Shown: piece after piece, positions 37,636 through 48,972 of the stretch
Numbering within the stretch: position 1 is the first letter of the stretch
Layout: every line of letters begins with the position of its first letter
Assembly: GCF_006345805.1 (NCBI RefSeq)
Contig: NC_043022.1
Location: 12,338,001-12,402,000 of the forward strand
Length of the DNA stretch: 64,000 bases
Direction: 5' to 3'
Origin: Octopus sinensis
Lineage: Eukaryota
Position numbers and translations under genes: made by a program
Notes under the pieces: model-generated
Told to the model about the DNA's origin: nothing
What the model saw: only the letters and a program-made list of their open reading frames with translations
Databases searched by the model: none

Positions 37636-37820
37636 TTGTCTGTGTTCGTCCTCCCCAACATCGCTTGACAACCGATGCTGGTGTGTCTACGTCCCCGTAA
37701 CTTACGGAGACCGATAGAATAAGTACTAGGCTTACAAAGAATAAGTCCTGGGTCGATTTGCTCAACTAAAGGCGGTGCTCCAGCATGGCCACAGTCAAAT
37801 GACTGAAACAAGTAAAAGAG
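37433..37820 (+). mobile_element. SINE family B, full length: tRNA head + CORE (gcaccttgggcaagtgtc) + internal (TG)n + Meta-like 3' half
   Basis: gtaggagtggctgtgtggtaag..ggttcagtccc..aaacaagtaaaagag. Confidence 0.9.
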
Positions 37821-37852
<32 letters not shown>

Positions 37853-38389
37853 GGTACTTATTGTGCTTTTGCTGAACTTCTATCTTTGCCGAACCACTAA
37901 GTTATGGGCACATCAATAAACACACCAGTTGTCAAGCGCGAAGACGCGCGCATGCACGCACTCGCATTTATTCGTCCGACGGGCTTCCTTACAGTTTCTG
38001 CTTCCCAAATCCATGCACAAGGTATTATCAGCCCCGTTGTTAGAGCAAAAGTCGTTTGCACAAGGTGCAACGTAATGGGACTGAACCCGAGACCACGTGG
38101 CTGGGAAGTGAACGCCTTAACCATTCAACCATGTCGATGTATACACGATGTATGTATTTAGACATAAACATACATAAAGACAGACAGACGGACGGGCAGA
38201 AATAGACAGATGGACAGATATTAGTATATATACAAGTTCATACATCTATATATTCATTTATAGTAATTGCAACGTGTATGGATGGATGGATGTGTGTATG
38301 TGCGTGCATTATGTATGAAATCATATATATAAACTCAGAATATGAAATAGGTAATATTTTGGATTCAAATAAATGAGTTAAGTCTATCA

Positions 38390-38608
38390 CCTATTTCTTT
38401 ATTACCCACATGGGGCTAAACACAGAGGGGGGACAAACAAGGACAGACATAGGTATTAAGTCGATTACATCGACCCCAGTGCGTAACTGGTACTTAATTT
38501 ATCGACCCCGAAAGGATGAAAGGCAAAGTCGACCTCGGCGGAATTTGAACTCACAACGTAACGCAGACGAAATACCGCTAAGCATTTCGCCCGGCGTGCT
38601 AACGTTTC
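38390..38608 (-). mobile_element. SINE family A
   Basis: Near full length. Confidence 0.9.
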
Positions 38609-39347
38609 GACCATCATCATCATCATCATCATTAACAACATCAATTGCAACTGTATAAGATAACGAGATATACATATATATATATATACATGTGTGAAAT
38701 AGAAAGTATTTGAACATACCTCAAGTTGGTGTTGAAGATTTATAACACGCCTTTAGTTTGTTGACTTGTGAGTATATGTATGTATGAATGTATGTATGTA
38801 TATGAGTGTGTGTATTGTATTATATATATATATACACCTCCAGAAGTTGATGTAGATTTATGCAACTGGTCGTTATATATATATATATACACACACACAC
38901 ACGCCCTTTAGGTATTGTTGTTGACTTCTTCAACTATATATATATATATATTATATATATATATACACACACTCATACAAACACACCTGTAGGTGTTGTG
39001 AACTTATATAACTGTACACCATAACATTATATATACGTGCACCAGGTGTATATAGACACCAGGTGTAGTAGATCCTTACAACTATACACTCGTATTTATA
39101 TATATATACATATATATACACACATACATCACTTCCAGTGTTTACACGTTTTCCTCTCTACACAGCTAAACACTCGGCTTATGCCGTACATTAACTATAT
39201 TCCAAGACACTTCTTTCTTTCGCTTTCTCGCTCCGTCACCCCTCACTGTCTTTTCCTTTGTCTCTCTCACACACACACTCTCTCTCTCTCTATCTTATTT
39301 TTCTCTCTCTCTCTCTTTCCCTCGCTTTCTTCTTCTCTTTCTTTTCT

Positions 39348-39380
<33 letters not shown>

Positions 39381-39740
39381 ACCAACCGTCTTCGTCATTA
39401 CCCGCCCTCTCCCTTTTCTTGTTTCACCCTCGCGTCTCTATTCGCCGCCATCCCCGCCCCCTTCCTTACCTACCTTGTTGCGTTTCTCTCGCTTTTCCCT
39501 TTACATTCTTCTCTCTCATTTCTTCGCATTTCTCTCCTTCCTTCAGCGTTCGCACATCCGCACCACCACCACCGCCACGCCACCACCACCACCACACCAC
39601 CACCGTCATTGTATTACCGTCGTCGTCGGGGTCGCCCCCATGACAATCATCACCTCTACAACCGCCACCACCATCACCGTCACCACGCAGCCGCCACCAC
39701 CACCTCTACCACATAACGGCCGCCAACGTTACCATCACCG

Positions 39741-40970
39741 CCACCAACACAGCCACCACCAACACAGCCTCCACCAACACAGCCTCCACCAACACAGCCT
39801 CCACCATCACCACCACCACCACCAACACAGTCACCACCAACACAGCCTCCACCAACACAGCCTCCACCAACACAGCCTCCACCAACACAGCCACCACCAA
39901 CACAGCCACCACCAACACAGCCTCCACCAACACAGCCTCCACCAACACAGCCACCACCTACACAGCCTCCACCAACACAGCCTCCACCAACACAGCCACC
40001 ACCAACACAGCCACTACCAACACAGCCTCCACCAACACAGCCACCACCAACACAGCCTCCACCAACACAGCCTCCACCAACACAACCACCACCTACACAG
40101 CCTCCACCAACACAGCCACCACCTACACAGCCTCCGCCAACACAGCCTCCACCAACACAGCCACCACCAACACAGCCTCCACCAACACAGCCTCCACCAA
40201 CACAGCCACCACCAACACAGCCACCACCAACACAGCCTCCAACAACACAGCCTCCACCAACACAGCCTCCACCAACACAGCCTCCACCAACACAACCACC
40301 ACCTACACAGCCTCCACCAACACAGCCACCACCTACACAGCCTCCGCCAACACAGCCTCCACCAACACAGCCTCCACCAACACAGCCTCCACCAACACAG
40401 CCTCCACCAACACAGCCACCACCTACACAGCCTCCGCCAACACAGCCTCCGCCAACACAGCCACCACCAACACAGCCTCCACCAACACAGCCTCCACCAA
40501 CACAGCCACCACCAACACACGCCACCACCAAACATCCTCCACCAACACAGCCTCCACCAACACAGCCTCCACCAACACACACCTCGACCAACACACACCC
40601 ACCACCACAAGCCTCCACCAACACAGCCACCACCTACACAGCCTCCGCCAACACAGCCTCCACCAACACAGCCTCCACCAACACAGCCTCCACCAACACA
40701 GCCTCCACCAACACAGCCACCACCAACACAGCCTCCACCAACACAGCCTCCACCAACACAGCCACCACCAACACAGCCACCACCAACACAGCCTCCACCA
40801 ACACAGCCTCCACCAACACAGCCTCCACCAACACAGCCTCCACCAACACAACCACCACCTACACAGCCTCCACCAACACAGCCACCACCTACACAGCCTC
40901 CGCCAACACAGCCTCCACCAACACAGCCTCCACCACACAGCCTCCACCAACACAGCCTCCACCAACACAC
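39741..40970. repeat. 15-bp minisatellite (CCACCAACACAGCCT), about 80 units, with variant units
   Basis: Direct inspection; no stop codon in any frame of the consensus unit on either strand. Confidence 0.95.
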
Positions 40971-41854
40971 CATCATCATCAGTGCTCCCCCACACAACCG
41001 CTCTCCCCACACACAACCACCTCTTCCACAACCATCACTCCCACAACCCCACCCCAAAGTTTCCCAACTCCCAACAACCATTGCCCCCCATAACCCTCAC
41101 CCCCAAAACCCTCACCCCCCCACAATCATTATCACAACCAATGCTGCTGAAAAACAAAGCCCCCCACCCCCACTGCCACCACTACCATCACCACAGATAG
41201 GAAATTATATCATGATGGAAGAGGCGGTGGTAGTGGTGATGGTGGTGGTGGTGGTGATGGTGGTGGTGGTGGTGATGGTGGTGCTCCTGCTGGCACTATG
41301 TAGTTCTGCTGTTGCTTGTCCCCCAAGTCAGTCTTGATCCATCACACCTACGATGACAGACATTCCACCCACGACCATTGCTATGTAGGTGTCATTATCT
41401 TAATGTCATCGTGTGTTTTTATTTGCGGGATGGCGATGGTGGTGAAGTGATTATTGTTGTTGTTTTATCCGGGTCATCCCTTGTCCAACAGTTCTATGAC
41501 CAGAGACATTCCGCCCATAGATTTACCTAGCCAAGACTATTTCTTTCATTGTGTCTTGCCCATTTTTGTGACTTTATTTATTTATTGTATAGCTCAAATG
41601 GTGAACTATATAGTGTGGCTGTTGATGACAGCTTCCCAATGATTCACTGTCATTGATTCACTGTTTTTACAACAGTAAGCACAATGACAAGGGAATGTTT
41701 GTAACTCACTGAAAAACTACCTCAAGGAATGTTTGAAAAGAAATATATTTTTTTACAATTTTCTGGACGTGGTTTCGATTCCTGGACTGGGTGACCTGTT
41801 GTGTTCTTGAGCAAAACACTTCATTTCACATTGCTCCAATCCACTCAGCTAATA

Positions 41855-42020
41855 GGTGTAGGAGTGGCTCTGTGGTAAGTAGCTTGCTTATCAACCACAT
41901 GGTTCCGGGTTCAGTCCCACTGTGTGGCACCTTGGGCAAGTGTCTTCTACTATAGCCTCGGGCTGACCAAAACCTTGTGAGTGGATTTGGTAGACGGAAA
42001 CTGAAAGAAGCCCATCGTAT
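41855..42020 (+). mobile_element. SINE family B head
   Basis: gtgtaggagtggctctgtggtaagtagcttgc..gaaagaagcccatcg. Confidence 0.9.
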
Positions 42021-42322
42021 ATCATCATCATCATCGTTTAGCGTCCGCTTTCCATGCTAGCATGGGTTGGACAGTTCAACTGGGGTCTGGGAAGCCAGAA
42101 GGCTGCACCAGGCCCAGTCTGATCTGGCAATGTTTCTACAGCTGGATGCCCTTCCTAACACCAACCACTCCGTGAGTGTAGTGGGTGCTTTTTACGTGCC
42201 ACCAGCACAGGTGCCAGACGAGACTGGCAAACGGCCACGATCGGATGGTGCTTTTTATGTACCACCGGCACGGGGGCCAGGTGAGGCTGGCAATGGCCAC
42301 GATCGGATGGTGCTTTTTACGT
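42021..42322 (-). mobile_element. SINE family C
   Basis: (CAT)n tail, ggatgcccttcctaac core, and internal repeats ggtgctttttacgtgccacc. Confidence 0.85.
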
Positions 42323-42389
42323 ATGTTTGTGTCTTACTCTTTTGCCTATTCCAACCTATGAGCTGTGGCCATGCTGAGGCTCTGTCATT

Positions 42390-42680
42390 GTTGTTGCCCT
42401 TTTTAGCTGTTTTCTGGTGAATTAGAGAGTTTTGATATTGTTGCCCCCTTTGCATTTCTTGTGAAATAGGCTCATCTGGAATTTCAGATAACAGGATGTC
42501 CAGTTGTTTCTTCCAAATACTCACATCTATACCATTTAGATATGGCAAGCTTTTTGAGCAGAATATTGAAGAGTTGTGGTTCTTTTAAGCTTAAACAATT
42601 TCAGTATCTGGTCCTCACCCTTGAAAGTGAAGATGGGACCTTCGGCTTGATGCAGTAGATTTTCATAGTTTTTTTTTAGT
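42390..42680 (-). pseudogene. CR1/L2/Jockey-group LINE 3' ORF remnant
   Basis: LNGIDVSIWKKQLDILLSEIPDEP...NSLIHQ resembles the FK..LD..L..IPD.P...NSL C-terminal motif. Confidence 0.6.
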
Positions 42681-43083
42681 TTTCAGTAACAAGCTTTGGA
42701 GCAAGCCCTTCAAGAATGCCATACATACATATGTATGTTCACACACAAAACACACACACACACACACACCACACACACACACATGCATGAATTCATACAT
42801 ACATACATAATGATAATCAGTTTAAACATCTGAGTATAAACATCTGGTAAGCCATTCCAAACTAGAAAGTTATATACTCCTTAAATGTGTGTGTGTGCAG
42901 ACCTATGTACATATGCATGTGTGTGTGTGTGTGTGCATATGTGATCACTCATATTATTGGGTAACAATCTAAAGGAGTACTAAAGATAAACGATGAATGC
43001 ACTAGTTTATTTAAAGTGGTGGGGAGGCCTGTTACTGTACACTGGCTGAAATAAACTATATAGACTATCTATCTATCTATCTA

Positions 43084-43612
43084 ATGTGTATGGTGGACGC
43101 GTCTGAAAGGTCTAGAGACAAACACTTTCCTCTCTGGTCAATTTCTCATCAACTTCTTCAAGTGATACTTGAAGAGGAAGGTGAGAGTAGAGAGGGAAGT
43201 TTTGTCTAGTGAATGCTTCAAAAAAAGATAGGTGAATGTAGCAAGGATGGCAGGTGCGAATGACAATGCCAGCTTGAGCGTAATCCTATGAACCAAAAAA
43301 AAAAAAAACGAAAGGGAAAAAGAGAGCCACTTATTGTAATATGTTTTCTTTTTGCATGACACTATTGCCCAATGTTCCTATGGTCTTTTCCGTAGGCTTT
43401 TCTATCCACAGGCAAACCTAATCTGTTTTCCCTTTTTACATTGACACTTCTGTGGTACATGATCCCTATTGATCGTCCCCACTTTTTTTTCACGATCCCT
43501 TTTTATCAGAATTTGACCCTTTTTTTCCCTTCTCTTCTTCCTCAAAAGAAAAGCTCTACCTTGTATTTTGTCCCTTCTGTGTTCAGCCCTACATGGTCAA
43601 TAAAGAAACTTA
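43084..43612 (+). mobile_element. 5'-truncated L1/Tx1-like LINE (ORF2 C-terminus + 3' UTR) embedded in (TCTA)n
   Basis: 43091-43291 translates WWTRLKGLETNTFLSGQFLINFFK*YLKRKVRVEREVLSSECFKKR*VNVARMA..SVIL*. The tail matches 1-232 and 9163-9225, and a second tail copy lies at about 43710-43755. Confidence 0.65.
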
Positions 43613-43616
43613 TCTA

Positions 43617-43688
<72 letters not shown>

Positions 43689-44537
43689 CCTACCTACCTA
43701 CCTACCTATCTATTTTGTCCCTTCTGTGTTCAGCTCTGCGTGGTCAATAAAGAAATCTATCTATCTATCTACCTATTTATCTATCAATCAATTTATTTAT
43801 CTATCTATCTATCTATCAATCAATTTATCTATTTATCTAGCTATCTATTTATCTATCAATCAATTTATCTATCTATTTATCTATCAATATATCTATCTAT
43901 CTCTCTATCTATCTGTCTATCTATCTATATAACTATCTGTCTGTCTACCTATCTGTCTATCCATCCATCCAGCCAACCAGCCAGGCAGCTGGTCGTGTGT
44001 GTGTGTGTGCATATTAAACTGAGGTTATTAAAGCAGCAAGCTGGCAAAATCGTTAATGTCCTGGAAGAATTGCTTTGCAGCATTTCTTCCAGCTCTTTAC
44101 ATTATGAGTTCAAATTCTGCCAAAATCAACCTTCAACTTTCATCCTTTCAGGACCATTAAAATCAGGTACCAATAAAGTGTAAGGGTCAATGGTTTCAAC
44201 TGACCACTGTTTCCCTTCGTAAATGGCAGCCCCGTGTCTGAATCAGAAACCGTTATTTCAAAGTAAGTTCAAGAATATCAATGGAGTATTTAGATGAAAA
44301 TGTGTGTGTGTGTGTGTGTGTGTGGTGAATGTATGAATATTGCTATACATATACATAAATACACACATAAACATACATATGTAATCATATATCAATACGT
44401 GTGTGTGTGTGTGCATACATGTGTGTACACATGCACAGATGTATGTGCATGTAACGTATGTGTATGTATATCTGTCTGAGAGCCAAATTAATTGCAAAGC
44501 TCATATTGACTGGGTCTTTAGAATATGTGTGAGAGTT

Positions 44538-44578
<41 letters not shown>

Positions 44579-44997
44579 ATGTGTATACATGTGCATGTCT
44601 GTGTGTGTGTGCATGTGTAGGCATGTGCATGTCTGTGTGTATGTGGATTGTGTGTGTGTGTGCATGTCTGTGTGTGTATGTGGTGTGTGCATGTGTGTTT
44701 GTGTCTGTGCATCTCTGTCTCTGTGTGTGCATGTGTGTGTACATGTCTGTGTGTGTGTGTGGATGTGTGTGTTTGTGTGTGTGTCTGCATGTCTGTGTGT
44801 GTGTGTGTGTGCATGTCTGTCTGTGTATGAATTTATGAGGAGTTACAAAGTGCCTCAAATGGTGTTGACTGTAGCTGTGGTGGTAGCAGTAGTGATCATG
44901 GCAGCAATGGCAGTGGTGCTTTTGGTGGTGGTAAAGGTGTTTGTCGTGGTGCACCCTCTTTTGCACCTATGTGCATACATATGCATATAATATATAT

Positions 44998-45203
44998 TCT
45001 TTTCTACTCTGGGGACAAGGCCTGAAATTTTGGGGGAGGGAGCCCGTCGATTAGATTGAACCCCTAGTACACAACTGGTACGTAATTTATTGACCCCAAG
45101 GCAAAGTCGACCTCGGCGGAATTTGAACTCAGAATGTAAAGACAGATGAAATACCACTAAGTATTTCATCGGGCATGCTAACATTTCTGCCAGCTTGCCA
45201 CCT
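44998..45203 (-). mobile_element. SINE family A (alternative tail)
   Basis: TSD atgcatataatatatat on both sides. Confidence 0.85.
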
Positions 45204-45719
45204 TATGCATATAATATATATATATATATATAATATTTATGTTTTTGTGTGGAGAGAATGAGAGAAAGATTGATAGGTATCTATCTCTCTTTCACTATCT
45301 AATGCCTGAAAGGTTTCTTCCCTCCTTTGTCTTGGACTTTCTTGTTTCTTCTGTTTTCGAAGAAGAGCTATGCTCGAAATATAAAACTACTACTCTTTTC
45401 CTTCTCTGAGTGTCTTATTAATACATTGCTTGTGTCACGTCCACATATTTGTTTTTTTCATTTTCTTTTTCTCTGTGTTTTTTTTATTTGAATATATATA
45501 TATATATACACACACACGCATGCTCACACGGCTTAGCTGGCCAAAACTTTGAAGTCACTGACAGTATTCTTGTATAAGAATGATAAATTTATGTTCTACA
45601 AAAGTATAGAGTAACCCATCAGATTAATGTAAAATTGTTTTTATCCTATATAAGTGAACATAAAAACAAACATTAATAAATATATATATATATATATACA
45701 CATACATATGTATATATAA

Positions 45720-45751
<32 letters not shown>

Positions 45752-46147
45752 GTATTTAATAAGTGCTTATGTACTGGCAAAAAAAATCTATCCATAGAAT
45801 TCAAGATCTTAATTCTTTAACATATCGTTAAAGTCCAATATATTATTTCTTCAATTCAATAACAGCAGCAGGTATGATATTGCATAAAAGTTTAGAATTG
45901 GCTTAGCTGAATATTCAGAGTAGAACATTTAGATGAATGTGTGTGTGTATGTGTGTGTGTGTGTGTGTGTGCGTGTGTGTGTGTGTGAATATTGCTATAG
46001 ATATACATAAATACACACATAAACACATGTATATATTTATATATCAATATATGTGTGTATATGAACCTGTGTGTACATACATACATACACATATATATAT
46101 GCATGTACATGTGTATGTATACCTATCTGTCTGTCTCTCTCTCTCTC

Positions 46148-46182
<35 letters not shown>

Positions 46183-46909
46183 TTTCTATTACATTATCCT
46201 CTACCACCACAACATCATAATTATCAATGTTTTCTTTTTCTTCTCTTGTCTCTCCCACCATGACAACTGCTATCCCCATACACATCCCCACCACTGCCAT
46301 CATTACCTCCATACACCCCCCCATATTCTCCACTGCTGTGAACACAGCATCTATCCCCAACGCCGTCCACATACTAACAAATCATATCAATTCTACAAAC
46401 ACATTCAGCTTCCCTACCCAACCATGCCTCACCACAATGAATGAAGTAAAAAGAAATCTCTCGGATTACTTGATTTTCCTTCATTCCATATTTACATTTT
46501 TAGTGAGTCACACACTTGTGTGACAGCTGTTGCGACACAGTCATTATGTCACACAGTAGTGTTGTTAGCTGTGTCGTAGCCAAATCACACGATTTGTAGT
46601 GTAACAGAGAGACACAGTCATTGTGTCACACAATTTATCATCATCATCATCATCCTCTTTTTCACGTCTGTTTTTCCATGCTGGCATGGGTTGGATGGTT
46701 TGACAGAAGATGGCAAGATGGAGAGCTGTACCAGATTCCAGTCTGATTTAGCTTGGTTTCTATAACTGGATGCGCTTCCTAATGCCAACCACTTTACAGG
46801 ATGCTTTTATCATTGCACACTTTTTTTTTTTACCATTTATCTTAATCCTTTCCAGTTATATTTGAATTAACTTGGTAAATATTTTTATTGTAGTAAAATG
46901 CACCATCCG

Positions 46910-47133
46910 TTTGTGGCCGTTGCCAGCCTCGCCTGGCCCCCGTGCAGGTGGCACATAAAAAGCACCCACTACACTCTCGGAGTGGTTGGCGTTAGGAAGG
47001 GCATCCAGCCGTAGAAACACTGCCAGATCAGACTGGGCCTGGCACAGCCTTCTGGCTTCCCAGATCCCCGGTCGAACCGTCCAACCCATGCTAGCATGGA
47101 AAGCAGACGTTAAACGATGATGATGATGATGAT
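46910..47133 (+). mobile_element. SINE family C
   Basis: ggcgttaggaagggcatccagccgtagaaac..(GAT)n tail. Confidence 0.9.
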
Positions 47134-47240
47134 GTAGTGTTTTATACGGTCTTTTTGTAGCTCTTTTCTTCTTTTACAAATTCTGTTTATCATTTTCGCA
47201 ATCTGAGGAATTTTAGATCTTTTCAGACATGGAGTGTCAA

Positions 47241-48064
47241 GTAGGAAGAAAAACAAAACAAAGAAGAACAAACAAACTCATCTGACAACCCAATATTTCT
47301 TGTTAGGAGTTTATTACTATGCAGTGACACAGGTGTTGTGTCACAGCCCGAGTGACATAATTGCTGAATAACGTGTCACAACATCATCAAACATTTATTG
47401 CATTCATATGATACATCTGTTATATCACTACACTGGGAAGCAAGCTTCTTACCACACAGCTATGCCTGCACCTATATATATTTATATATATATATATATA
47501 TATATTTGTGTTTAGATATATATATATATATATATATATATCATCATCATCATCATCATCGTTTAACGTCCGTTCTCCATGCTAGCATGGGTTGGACAGT
47601 TCAACTGGGGTCTGTGAAGCCAGAAGGCTGCACCAGGCTCCAGTCTGATCTGGCAGTGTTTCTACGGCGGGATGCCCTTCCTAACGCCAACCACTCCGTG
47701 AGTGTAGTGGGTGCTTTTTACGTGCCAGCCGCACAGGTGCCAGTCGGAGCTGACAAACGGCCACGATCGGGTGGTGCTTTTTACGTGCCACCAGCACGGG
47801 GGCCAGATGAGGCTGGCAACGGCGTAGGAAAAAAACAAAACAAAGAAGAACAAACAAATTCATTTGACAACCCAATATTTCTTGTTAGGAGTGTATTACT
47901 ATGCAGTGACACAGGTGTTGTGTCACAGCCCGAGTGACATAATTGCTGAATAACGTGTCACAACATCATCACACATTTGTTGCATTCATATGATACATCT
48001 GTTATATCACTACACTGGGAAGCAAGCTTCTTACCACACAGCTACGCCTGCACCTATATATATT

Positions 48065-48065
<1 letters not shown>
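47241..48065. repeat. ~240-bp direct duplication (47241-47480 and 47824-48065) flanking a family C SINE (47540-47823, -)
   Basis: The two copies differ at a handful of positions. Confidence 0.9.
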
Positions 48066-48112
<47 letters not shown>

Positions 48113-48156
48113 ATATATCTATATATATATTTTCTCTCCTTGTTTTTTTATGTGTA

Positions 48157-48194
48157 TCTTTCTGTCGAAGAGCGTATGCTCGAAACGTAAAAGA
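48157..48194 (+). ncRNA. Minimal type-I hammerhead-like motif (Penelope-type; A6U variant)
   Basis: TCTTT-CTGTCGA-A-GAGC-GTAT-GCTC-GAAA-CG-TA-AAAGA. Degenerate relatives lie at about 34616-34652 and about 45345-45390. Confidence 0.45.
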
Positions 48195-48604
48195 CTCTTT
48201 CTATTCCTGAGCGCTATACTAATACATTTGTTTGTTGGTACTCCACCTGCCTTTGTCTTTTGTTTATTTTCGTAAACTTTCTCTATATATATATACATGC
48301 ATACATACATACATGCTATATCACTACATTATGATGCATAACATACTCATTGTGTCACAATAACGTGCCACAAATATATCATATTGGTGCAGGCATAGCT
48401 GTGTGGGAAAAAGTTTTCTTCCCAATCTTATGGTTTTAGGTTCAGCCCAAGGTGCCATGAACCTTGGCCAAGTGGCTTTTATTATCATTCCTGGTGGACC
48501 AAAGCATTATGAGTGGATCAGGTATAAGGAAGGTGAAAAAAGCCTGTTGTGTGTGAGTGTGTATATATGTTTATTTCTATATATATATGTATAAACATAT
48601 ATAT

Positions 48605-48650
<46 letters not shown>

Positions 48651-48872
48651 TTATTAAGGAAGATCAATTCCAGTGTCACAGGAATGAGACATTCAAATTA
48701 AAAATATCAAATTAAATTACTCTCAATGATTAATTCATATATATCAAAATAGTGTTAGAGATAGAAACACTCACAACTTTATCAACTACAAACGATATTA
48801 ACTCAACCAAACCATAAATTATTAAATAATATACTTACTGTTTATATTCTTAATCTCAAAATTTTCCATATT

Positions 48873-48972
48873 ACGGACTACACGTGTTTCATGAGGGTAC
48901 GTATGGTATTGTTAAGACACAAACTCTCATTCAAAAACATTATGTTTACGCACTCCCAATCTTCAGGTCTAC
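48873..48972 (-). ncRNA. Type-I hammerhead ribozyme-like motif with an intact CUGAAGA/GAAA core
   Basis: GTAGAC-CTGAAGA-TTGGGAGTGCGTA...TACGTACCCTCAT-GAAA-CACGTG-TA-GTCC. Helix III is palindromic and the triplet is GUA. Confidence 0.6.

Noticed and set aside
39037-41337. 766-aa ORF as a real single-exon gene
   Set aside because: It begins with GTG in low-complexity DNA, runs through CT microsatellite and the 15-bp minisatellite, and changes repeat phase midway. It is kept only as a finding.
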